From a virus, in the IMG/VR virus record IMGVR_UViG_3300045988_039553, positions 1 to 44,715 of that record: a DNA stretch of 44,715 nucleotides. The stretch is one strand, 5' to 3'. Of this stretch, positions 1 to 6,823 are shown piece by piece (within the stretch, counting starts at the first letter, position 1; each line of letters begins with the position of its first letter). The notes beneath the pieces are model-generated. The model was not told the DNA's origin. It made no database searches and worked only from the letters and a program-made list of their open reading frames with translations. A program made the translations under genes and the position numbers.

Positions 1-154
1 TAGCCGTAGCCGGAGCCGGAGCCGGAGCCGTCGCCGGAGCCGTCGCCGGAGCCGTCGCCGTAGCCGTAGCCGGAGCCGGAGCCGGAGCCGTCGCCGGAGC
101 CGTCGCCGGAGCCGTAGCCGTAGCCGGAGCCGGAGCCGTAGCCGTAGCCGTAGC
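1..154. repeat. Hexanucleotide tandem repeat (units TAGCCG / GAGCCG / TCGCCG), left-edge part
   Basis: Read directly: about 25 phased 6-nt units with a higher-order pattern of roughly 54-60 nt. On the minus strand they encode Gly-Tyr, Gly-Ser and Gly-Asp dipeptides. Confidence 0.95.
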
Positions 155-194
155 TTACAAGCAAAAAGGCTTTGATCTTCTCATCAAGCGTCAT
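1..194 (-). CDS. N-terminal part of a conserved phage hypothetical protein with a (Gly-Ser/Asp/Tyr)n repeat. It runs off the left edge and continues at 44715.
   Basis: The ATG at 194-192 overlaps the TGA of the upstream ORF (ATGA). Translation is MTLDEKIKAFLLVSYGYGYGSGSG..., with an open frame to position 1. Confidence 0.75.
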   Translation of the reverse strand, partial: MTLDEKIKAFLLVSYGYGYGSGSGYGYGSGDGSGDGSGSGSGYGYGDGSGDGSGDGSGSGSGYG

Positions 195-481
195 CTCTTC
201 CACTCCTTTACGCCTCGAAGCGATGCAGATGCCGCATCCGTGCACGGGATGATCTGGATCGCTCCCAGTACGGTCATCTCCGGAATCGTCACGGTAAAGC
301 GGCAGGTGCCCGGTGTTTTTGTGCCATCCTGCGCCAACTGTTCTACAGCGCACGCGCCGTTCCAGCTCCACAACTTACGCACCTCGGTCATGGTAACCTC
401 GGAGCCGTTTCTCTCCTTGATCTTGCCGAAAAATACACCTGCGCGGTCGCAGCGAACGATGTAGTCCTGATTGTTGTTCAT
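191..481 (-). CDS. Hypothetical protein (96 aa)
   Basis: Track ORF. AGGAGG lies 9 nt upstream of the ATG at 481. The stop overlaps the start of the next gene. Confidence 0.7.
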   Translation of the reverse strand: MNNNQDYIVRCDRAGVFFGKIKERNGSEVTMTEVRKLWSWNGACAVEQLAQDGTKTPGTCRFTVTIPEMTVLGAIQIIPCTDAASASLRGVKEWKR

Positions 482-529
482 GATGAAATTCCTCCTGATT
501 TTTGTTAAAATTTGAAGCTCTCTCTGAGC

Positions 530-697
530 TTATTCCCGTTGATATCCGCCTCCGCCGTAAAGTAGCGGTGGCGCCTCGTTGATGTAGACGACGCGCCCGT
601 GCGCAGTCGTCTCTTTCGTGGTAACGCTCATAATGCCGGTACTGCCCTCAAAGGCGGCAGGCTTCCAGCTGAATGGTTCTCCAATGTACATGGTCAT
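530..697 (-). CDS. Small hypothetical protein (about 53-55 aa, below the ORF-track cutoff)
   Basis: Manual translation gives M(TM)YIGEPFSWKPAAFEGSTGIMSVTTKETTAHGRVVYINEAPPLLYGGGGYQRE. The ATG at 697 overlaps the methyltransferase TGA (ATGA). GGAGGA precedes the second ATG at 691. Confidence 0.45.
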   Translation of the reverse strand: MTMYIGEPFSWKPAAFEGSTGIMSVTTKETTAHGRVVYINEAPPLLYGGGGYQRE

Positions 698-2451
698 TCC
701 TCCCCAAATCTCAATTTTGTTACGGCAATGGGGAACTCCTCGATCTCGCTTGCCCAGCGTGCCGTGCCTTTGCCGTTGTGCCGCTCGAACACCAGCGGAA
801 AGCCGCCGATGCCGTCAAACAGGCTCCCCATCGTAACAGGACGCAAATATTGCGCACTGATACGCTTTGCCAGGAAGTCCCAAAATGGCAAGGCGATGGA
901 ATTCCCCAGCGCCTTATAGCGCGGACTGTCGCTCGGCTTGCGCAGTTTGCCCTTACTGTCGCGCCACTCGCCGATGTCCGTCCAGTGGTCTGGGAATCCT
1001 TGCAGCCGCTCGCATTCCATCGGCGTGAGGCGGCGCACAATCATTCCGGTTCGGACGGTGTTTTGCAAATTCAGACTTTGCCCTACGCTTTCTTTTGCTT
1101 GCAGCGTCCCGTTGATCTCGCCCCCCTCGGTGAAATTGCGGCAATCAACACTGCTGACCACTAAATCGGTGCTATCCTTGTAATCTCGCTGCTTGCAGTT
1201 GCTCGCAACGTCTCCCTCGCGGTAGTCCCCGAAGCCCTGCATTTGATAGCAAACCGCCGGAACCTCGCCGAAGGTGTGCAGCGCAGAACACGGCTTGTCC
1301 GGTCCGACGGTGCTGCGGTTATTCGGCGATGTGATCTGCGCGCGATCAAATATCAAAACAGACGGACATTGATTCGTCCCGCTTGATACCGCGCCCAGCG
1401 TCGGCGCGCATTCCTCGGCGTAGCCGATGCCGTTCGCCTTTGCACCCTGCCCCGCCTTAAAGGCCGCGCAGATCATCGGCTGATTGTTCCCGCTCATGCC
1501 GGCCGCAGCGGTCAGCGTAGGTGCTCTGTCGTCGCTTCGCACCTCGGCCCCGCCTTGCTGTGTTCCCATGCAGAAAATCGCCGGGTTATTTACTCCGCCG
1601 CCAACGCCACCTTGTAGCGTCGGGGATGCTCCCTCTGTGCCAAAAATCCGTTTGCTTTGGCAGTCCCACTGCGTCAGACAGTTTTGGAAAATCGTCTGGT
1701 CGTTGCTGGTGCCGAGCGTTCCGCTCTTGTCCTCCTGAACTAACGCGCCTTTTCCTCCGCCGTCACACCCCCCCTGATGCGGACTGCATACGATGTTGGG
1801 GCCTCTGTCGGCGCAAGGGCTTCCGTCTGCTCTTGCGGTGAGACTCCTTGCGACTGCCGGATTAAAACCGCTTTCAGCCGCTTCGGCAAATCCTTCCCCC
1901 GACAATCCGCTCTCCGCAATATTCCCTGGCACGCTTTTGCGCTCAAAGAGTATTTCTCCTGCGGTGTCTCCTCCAAAATCTGCGACAACCGAGATACGAC
2001 GGCGACGTTGGGGGACTCCCCAGTGTTGCGCGTCATGCACTCGCCAAGCCACGCTCCATCGTCCTCCCACTTCATCGTGGTAGCCACCCCAGGTGTTCCA
2101 GCCTTTTTCAGGCACTTCAATATCGGGGGCTTCCGGCTCTGCGATGCGGATGATCTCTTCGAGGACTGCCGCGAAGTCTTGTCCTTTGTTGCTGCTGAAT
2201 GCTCCGGGCACGTTTTCCCAGACCATAAACCGAGGTCGGACCATGTCACCTGTTCGTCCGTTCGCTTTGTCATGTGCTCTCATCTCCTTCACGATGCGGA
2301 TCTGTTCCATGAACAATCCGCTTCTTGCGCCGGCTAACCCGGCGCGTTTTCCTGCAATGCTCAAATCCTGACACGGTGAGCCTCCCGTGATAACGTCCAC
2401 GGTCTCGATCTCCGCGCCGTTGATTTTCGTAATATCGCCGAGGTGCTTCAT
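694..2451 (-). CDS. DNA (cytosine-5) methyltransferase, circularly permuted (motif order III-IV-VI-VIII-TRD-IX-X-I-II) with a very large variable region
   Basis: Motifs read in the translation, in order: GDITKI, GGSPCQDLS, VWENVPG, QRRRRISVV, RRLTPMECERLQGFP, YKALGNSIALPF, then C-terminal MGSLFDGIGGFPL...WASEIEEFPIAV. The likely start ATG at 2451 has a GGGGAGAAG SD and an ATGA overlap with the upstream gene. Confidence 0.85.
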   Translation of the reverse strand: MKHLGDITKINGAEIETVDVITGGSPCQDLSIAGKRAGLAGARSGLFMEQIRIVKEMRAHDKANGRTGDMVRPRFMVWENVPGAFSSNKGQDFAAVLEEIIRIAEPEAPDIEVPEKGWNTWGGYHDEVGGRWSVAWRVHDAQHWGVPQRRRRISVVADFGGDTAGEILFERKSVPGNIAESGLSGEGFAEAAESGFNPAVARSLTARADGSPCADRGPNIVCSPHQGGCDGGGKGALVQEDKSGTLGTSNDQTIFQNCLTQWDCQSKRIFGTEGASPTLQGGVGGGVNNPAIFCMGTQQGGAEVRSDDRAPTLTAAAGMSGNNQPMICAAFKAGQGAKANGIGYAEECAPTLGAVSSGTNQCPSVLIFDRAQITSPNNRSTVGPDKPCSALHTFGEVPAVCYQMQGFGDYREGDVASNCKQRDYKDSTDLVVSSVDCRNFTEGGEINGTLQAKESVGQSLNLQNTVRTGMIVRRLTPMECERLQGFPDHWTDIGEWRDSKGKLRKPSDSPRYKALGNSIALPFWDFLAKRISAQYLRPVTMGSLFDGIGGFPLVFERHNGKGTARWASEIEEFPIAVTKLRFGEE

Positions 2452-2693
2452 CTTCTCCCCTCGCATTCCCCGAACATCTCCCGGAACGTCAGGCCCGTCA
2501 AGTCTTCCAGCGCCAGCAGCTTTTGGATGGTCGGCTCGATATCGCCCTTGACATATTGACTGATGACCGACGCGCTGATGCCCGTTGCGGCGGCGAGCGT
2601 CGTCTGGTTGTAATTCGTCGATTCCAAAAACGCTTTCAGCCCCGGATATGGGCAGCGCTCCCACGGCGTTTTGCTCATAACAAATCGGCTCAT
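2448..2693 (-). CDS. XRE-family helix-turn-helix protein (81 aa), translationally coupled to the methyltransferase
   Basis: HTH-like segment NQTTLAAATGISASVISQYVKG. The stop overlaps the methyltransferase ATG. Confidence 0.7.
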   Translation of the reverse strand: MSRFVMSKTPWERCPYPGLKAFLESTNYNQTTLAAATGISASVISQYVKGDIEPTIQKLLALEDLTGLTFREMFGECEGRR

Positions 2694-2694
2694 A

Positions 2695-3126
2695 TCACTC
2701 GCCCCCTAACAGCGTTTCAATCGGGACGTTCAGTGCTTCGGCGATGTAAAGATACGTCGATACCGCGCCGTATCGTCCGCCTCGCTCAATGCAGGAGATC
2801 GTGCTGTCCGCTATTCCAGCCCTTTCTGCGAGGGCCTCCTGATTCAGCCCGCGCATCTGCCGCCACGCCTTGACGCGCTCGCCGATGCGCTGCTCGGTCG
2901 GGATAGGCCCCTTCGGCGCTTTATCCTCGCTCAGGAAGTCCGTCACACGGATGCCCACGGCCTCACAGATGCGCTCGCACAACGGGATGGTCGGCATAAT
3001 GCGCCCATACTCATAATTCGCAAGCTGCCCCTGCACAAGGCCACACATGGCGGCAAACTGTGATTGGCTCATGCCCCTTGCTTTTCTAAGGTTGCGGATC
3101 CGCTCCGCAGTGTCTTTTGCATTCAT
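2695..3126 (-). CDS. Tandem XRE-type HTH DNA-binding protein (143 aa, two HTH_3-like repeats)
   Basis: Two repeats of the pattern RI..LR...G.SQ..LA...G......I..E.G. Confidence 0.75.
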   Translation of the reverse strand: MNAKDTAERIRNLRKARGMSQSQFAAMCGLVQGQLANYEYGRIMPTIPLCERICEAVGIRVTDFLSEDKAPKGPIPTEQRIGERVKAWRQMRGLNQEALAERAGIADSTISCIERGGRYGAVSTYLYIAEALNVPIETLLGGE

Positions 3127-3147
3127 CTTTTCGCTCCCTTTATTTTC

Positions 3148-3336
3148 TCAGCTTTTGGCCACGCCGCGTTTTGAACTGGCGCGCTCCCAAATAATCGTCT
3201 TTTGCCTGCGTCTGCCGCTCTCTTCGGCCTTCGCCGCCCGGACCTTCGCAATATCCTCCGCATAATGCGGGCAATGGTCCTGGCAGCCGGGATAGCGCAC
3301 GGGTGGCAGGCAGCTGTGGCAGTGCTCAAAGCTCAT
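3148..3336 (-). CDS. Small Cys/His-rich hypothetical protein (62 aa)
   Basis: Contains HCHSCLPPVRYPGCQDHCPHY. The start lies 2 nt after the stop of the upstream gene. Preferred over the overlapping alternative frame at 3123-3329. Confidence 0.5.
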   Translation of the reverse strand: MSFEHCHSCLPPVRYPGCQDHCPHYAEDIAKVRAAKAEESGRRRQKTIIWERASSKRGVAKS

Positions 3337-3337
3337 C

Positions 3338-3784
3338 TCACACCTCGCGGATTGTGATGCCGTACTTGTCCTGCATCAGTTTCTTTTTCAGCAGATAGTC
3401 TTTCGTTTTCACGCCCTTTGCGTCCTCGACCTCGCGCAGCCAATGCACCGTGCCGTTGCAGTCCGGCCCAGTTGCTCGCTCGTAAACAAAATCCGCGCGG
3501 TAGACCATCGGCTTGATTCTCTCGCCCTCGATGGTCGTGTATCCCTCAACGAGCGTAAAATTCGCTTGCAACCGTAAATCGCGAATCTTGCCCATCGCGC
3601 GCAGCACTTTCAGCTCGCCGAACCGCGCCGCCTCGCGCTCGGAATCAAACTTGATGCCGTCGCGCACAACCTTGCGGTTGCCGTACTTGCTTTTCTTCGA
3701 CTTCTGTTCGCCCACCAGTTTGTCAAGCACCTGCTTCTGCGCCTGCGGCCCCAGCCTCGCGAGGTCAGCTGATGTCAGCGCCAT
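3338..3784 (-). CDS. DUF1064-like protein (putative endonuclease or resolvase-like)
   Basis: From the internal ATG: MALTSADL...KYGNRKVVRDGIKFDSEREAARFGELK...YRADFVY...EDAKGVKT, which matches the recalled DUF1064 pattern. Confidence 0.6.
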   Translation of the reverse strand: MALTSADLARLGPQAQKQVLDKLVGEQKSKKSKYGNRKVVRDGIKFDSEREAARFGELKVLRAMGKIRDLRLQANFTLVEGYTTIEGERIKPMVYRADFVYERATGPDCNGTVHWLREVEDAKGVKTKDYLLKKKLMQDKYGITIREV

Positions 3785-4355
3785 CGTCGGCCTCCCTGAT
3801 TCGCACTGGCAGGACCATTTTGACGTCCTCGTGGTTGGTCTTGATCGTAATGGGCCCAAGTGGCCCACGGAATTCCAGAATAGCAGGCTGCTTGAAGGCA
3901 CCGCCGACGCTGGCCTTTGCCGCCTGCAACGTCGAGAGAAGATACTCGGCATTCACGCCGATACGGAATGTCGGTTCATTGGGCAGGACTTTTTCCCAAT
4001 CCAGAAACGCTCCAACCGGCTGAACAAAACCGAAGATGCAGCCGAGACATTCGATCTCAACCACGCTTTCCGTCTTGTCCCGTTCTTTCAGCTCCAAGCG
4101 CATGGAGTTGCCGCGTGGCAGGCGGATACTCGGCTTGATGTAGCAATCGAAATCCTCTTCGACCTCGCAGCAGGTCGCGTGCTCCACGAAAAGCCGGACG
4201 CCGTCTGTGGCGATAGCCGTAACTGCCTTGTTCTTCTTGCGAAATTCCAGCCGGATATTCTTGTACATCGGCCTACTGATGCTCGCTGATACCGCGCCCT
4301 TTACGGCGGCGATAATCGTGTTGAACGCGTTGGTGTCCATGATAGCCAGTCTCAT
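3765..4355 (-). CDS. Two-domain DNA polymerase III beta (DnaN) sliding-clamp-like protein (196 aa)
   Basis: AAGGAGG SD before the ATG at 4355. The N-terminus has a DnaN domain-I-like pattern (ATDGVRL). The C-terminus has FLDWEKVLP, IGVNAEYLLSTLQA and MVLPVRI, resembling DnaN YPDYxxVIP, IGFNxxYLxDxL and the MPMRL tail. Confidence 0.6.
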   Translation of the reverse strand: MRLAIMDTNAFNTIIAAVKGAVSASISRPMYKNIRLEFRKKNKAVTAIATDGVRLFVEHATCCEVEEDFDCYIKPSIRLPRGNSMRLELKERDKTESVVEIECLGCIFGFVQPVGAFLDWEKVLPNEPTFRIGVNAEYLLSTLQAAKASVGGAFKQPAILEFRGPLGPITIKTNHEDVKMVLPVRIREADDGADIS

Positions 4356-4726
4356 TCCTCTGCCTCCTTTGCGCCATTGTGATCGCACGGATCATCCCGC
4401 AGGCCGACCGCAATATGCATCACGTTCTTCTCATCGACGCGCTGGTGAATCTCGTATTGCCCAAGCAGCGGGTTCACCTTCGGCCTTTCGAGGTGGAGCG
4501 CCTTCATGCGTGGGATATCTTCTCCCGTGTCGGGGTCCTTCACTGCCTCGCCGTAGGAAAGCGCGATCTGGATAATCCAAGCATCGAACGCCATGCGCAG
4601 CTGGTTCAGTCCCTTCATATCCTCGCGCAGCTTCGCATTTGCTTTCATCAGCTCGCCGACTTTTTTCTGATATCTTCCGAGCTCGTGCTCAAGCCGTTTT
4701 ACCTTGTCTCTGTTTCTTTCGCTCAT
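4352..4726 (-). CDS. Hypothetical protein (124 aa, coiled-coil N-terminus)
   Basis: Internal ATG with ATGA overlap to the upstream ORF. The longer track ORF N-terminus is Arg-rich out-of-frame overlap. Confidence 0.55.
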   Translation of the reverse strand: MSERNRDKVKRLEHELGRYQKKVGELMKANAKLREDMKGLNQLRMAFDAWIIQIALSYGEAVKDPDTGEDIPRMKALHLERPKVNPLLGQYEIHQRVDEKNVMHIAVGLRDDPCDHNGAKEAEE

Positions 4727-4929
4727 CGGTTCTCCGTCCTTTCGTAGTGCAGCGTCAGCGCCCGAGCGATCGGGCAGCGCCGCCATTCTTCGTTGGCGCA
4801 GTAGCGCCGCGTATATTCGTCCAGCTCTTCTTTTGGTAGCTTGACTTGTGCGCCCTCGCAGTTGAGATAGTCGCGGTAGTCCCGCGAGTAAAACGGGCAC
4901 TTGAAAATGCCCCCGCGATACCCGCTCAC
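4723..4929 (-). CDS. Small Cys-containing hypothetical protein (68 aa)
   Basis: Track ORF, start and stop coupled to its neighbours. Confidence 0.5.
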   Translation of the reverse strand: MSGYRGGIFKCPFYSRDYRDYLNCEGAQVKLPKEELDEYTRRYCANEEWRRCPIARALTLHYERTENR

Positions 4930-5750
4930 GGCGCACCGCCTGCCAACACCGATTTGACGTGCCTCATGCGCTGATTTGCCTTGTCGCGTCTCATGCTATC
5001 GCCCTTGAATACCAGTGGCGTGCACATCTCGAGGATGCGGTCATAGATGCGCTGATAGGCCATGTCTTTCGGCCTGCACAGCTCGTCAAGCGTCAGGTTT
5101 GTGGTGACGATCAGCGGCTTCTTGGCCTTGTATCGCTCGTCAATGACCGTGTAAACCGTCTCCATTGCGTACTCACTGCTGCGCTCTGCGCCGAGATCAT
5201 CGATCACCATCAGCGGGTAATAGTGCACCTGCTCGACGATTTCTTTCTTGTCGTATCCCGCGTTGAGGATTCGCGGGAAGCTCGTAATCATCGCCGGGAT
5301 CCCGCGGTCAATCAGCTCGTTGGCGATACACGCCGCCGCGAAGGTCTTCCCGTTGCCGGTGTTGCCCCACAGCAGAAGCCCATTGTTCTCGCGCCGCATA
5401 TCGTCCCATGCGTCGGCATAGCGTTTGCATTTGACGATCTCGTCACTCATCGTCGCCTTGTCGAACCGGCACGCCGTCAGGCTCTTGTCGCGGATTCCGT
5501 CAGCACGCAGCGTTTCGATGCGTAGTCGCTTCTCACGGTCAGCGCGAGCTTTTTTCTCGGCCTCGTACTCTCGCGCCGCGCAAGCACACTGGCACCCGAC
5601 AAGGCGGACATTCCCGCCGATGGGGATGCGGCACTGCTTCGGCGTGTTGCAATGGCCGCAGTACAGCAGCCCGTCTTTCTCGTAATCGACCAGATCACGA
5701 ACAGGCTCGGCCTTTTTCGCGATGCTGTCGATCAATGCGTCAACGTTCAT
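4926..5750 (-). CDS. DnaC/IstB-like AAA+ helicase loader with an N-terminal Cys cluster
   Basis: Walker A GNTGNGKT, Walker B LMVIDDLG, TTN sensor, and N-terminal CGHCNTP...CQCAC. Confidence 0.8.
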   Translation of the reverse strand: MNVDALIDSIAKKAEPVRDLVDYEKDGLLYCGHCNTPKQCRIPIGGNVRLVGCQCACAAREYEAEKKARADREKRLRIETLRADGIRDKSLTACRFDKATMSDEIVKCKRYADAWDDMRRENNGLLLWGNTGNGKTFAAACIANELIDRGIPAMITSFPRILNAGYDKKEIVEQVHYYPLMVIDDLGAERSSEYAMETVYTVIDERYKAKKPLIVTTNLTLDELCRPKDMAYQRIYDRILEMCTPLVFKGDSMRRDKANQRMRHVKSVLAGGAP

Positions 5751-6400
5751 AGGCTTCCCTCCGTGTTGCCGTAGTCGTAGTGATACCCTCTGCCGCTCTC
5801 GGGTAGCTCATCGTCCCACCGGCCTTGATTCAGCCATGTAGCGGGGTGTGGAATAAACTGCCCGTTGTTCTGCGTCCATTGGTCGCTGCACTTCTGCCGC
5901 TCCACTGCGGTCACAAGTGTTTCGAGTGGGACTTTGACCCGCTCGAAAGCTCTCTTAGCAGACTGTTTCCCGATTTTTCGCGGGTAAACTGACCAAAAAC
6001 GCTCGAATGCGTCCCTCGTAGAGGGGGATTTAGAGGGTATATCGTTTTCTGTCTTATGTTCTTCGTCTTCTGTCTTATGTCTTATGTTATTAGTAGGCTT
6101 ACATTTGCTTGCATTTGCTTGCGTTTGCTTACATTTGCTTGCATTTGCTTTTGGTGCTCTGCCGCCAGCCGCTCCATTCTGAGCCAGCGCATCAGATTTT
6201 TGAGCGTCACGGTCAACGACCGACTTAAATACCGGAAATAAAAGGGATTCTCTCCCGAGGTTGTCTGGAATTTCACCCGACCTGGCATATTCTAAAATCG
6301 CAACAAACAGACGGCCTTTTTCGTCATCTTCCAGTGCTGCTGTTTGCTCGATCCAGTCGTAATATGCCTTTACATAGCACCTTGTAGATGCAGCTCCCAT
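5747..6400 (-). CDS. Replication initiator / replisome organiser-like protein
   Basis: The C-terminal FERFWSVYPRKIGKQSAKRAFERV motif is typical of phage replication proteins. The gene sits immediately upstream of the DnaC-like gene and contains iterons. Confidence 0.55.
   Translation of the reverse strand: MGAASTRCYVKAYYDWIEQTAALEDDEKGRLFVAILEYARSGEIPDNLGRESLLFPVFKSVVDRDAQKSDALAQNGAAGGRAPKANASKCKQTQANASKCKPTNNIRHKTEDEEHKTENDIPSKSPSTRDAFERFWSVYPRKIGKQSAKRAFERVKVPLETLVTAVERQKCSDQWTQNNGQFIPHPATWLNQGRWDDELPESGRGYHYDYGNTEGSL
6040..6150. repeat. Iteron cluster inside the initiator gene (putative ori): five phased 10-bp repeats RCRTTTGCTT at 6101-6150, plus TCTGTCTTATGT / CTTATGT repeats at about 6047-6090
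   Basis: Read directly: acatttgctt gcatttgctt gcgtttgctt acatttgctt gcatttgctt. Locally AT-richer than the flanks. Confidence 0.6.
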
Positions 6401-6412
6401 ACCGCCACCGCC

Positions 6413-6823
6413 TTAAAACGGCAGCTCGCCGTCGTCCTCGCTGACCTCTGCAAAGCCGCCTGCGGCGCTCTCTGCGGCGTATTGCGGCGCGGTGGTATCA
6501 TTCCCCTCCAAACGCCTGTTGTCCGCAAAATACACGCTGTCGGCCTGCACCTCGTAGCTCCTGCGCTTGTTGCCGTTCTTGTCCGTCCAGTCGCGCATCT
6601 GCAAGCGCCCCTCGACGCCGATCATGCGACCCTTATCGGCGTAGTTGCAGAGCACTTCTGCCGTGCCGCGCCATGCGACAACGTCGATCCAGTCCGTGCC
6701 GCCCTCTTTGCCGTTGCGATCAACGGCAAGAGGGAACGACACAACGGATACGCCGCTGTTCGTCTTTTTCAGCTCCAAGTCACGCCCGATGCGTCCCATC
6801 AGGCAGATTCGATTCATGCTCAT
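6413..6823 (-). CDS. ssb: Single-stranded DNA-binding protein
   Basis: OB-fold pattern MNRICLMGRIGRDLELK...VVAWR. Acidic tail DDGELPF. The ATG at 6823 overlaps the upstream stop. Confidence 0.9.
   Translation of the reverse strand: MSMNRICLMGRIGRDLELKKTNSGVSVVSFPLAVDRNGKEGGTDWIDVVAWRGTAEVLCNYADKGRMIGVEGRLQMRDWTDKNGNKRRSYEVQADSVYFADNRRLEGNDTTAPQYAAESAAGGFAEVSEDDGELPF

Noticed and set aside
1-154. Terminal repeats as a CRISPR array or as inverted/direct terminal repeats of a transposon
   Set aside because: The period is 6 nt with no spacers. The tract is in frame within a coding sequence (Gly-X dipeptides). The two ends are direct, overlapping copies of one tract rather than element boundaries.
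3123-3329. Alternative 68-aa frame overlapping 3148-3336
   Set aside because: It is Arg/Ala-rich with no SD. The competing frame starts immediately after the upstream stop and has a Cys/His-rich, protein-like sequence.
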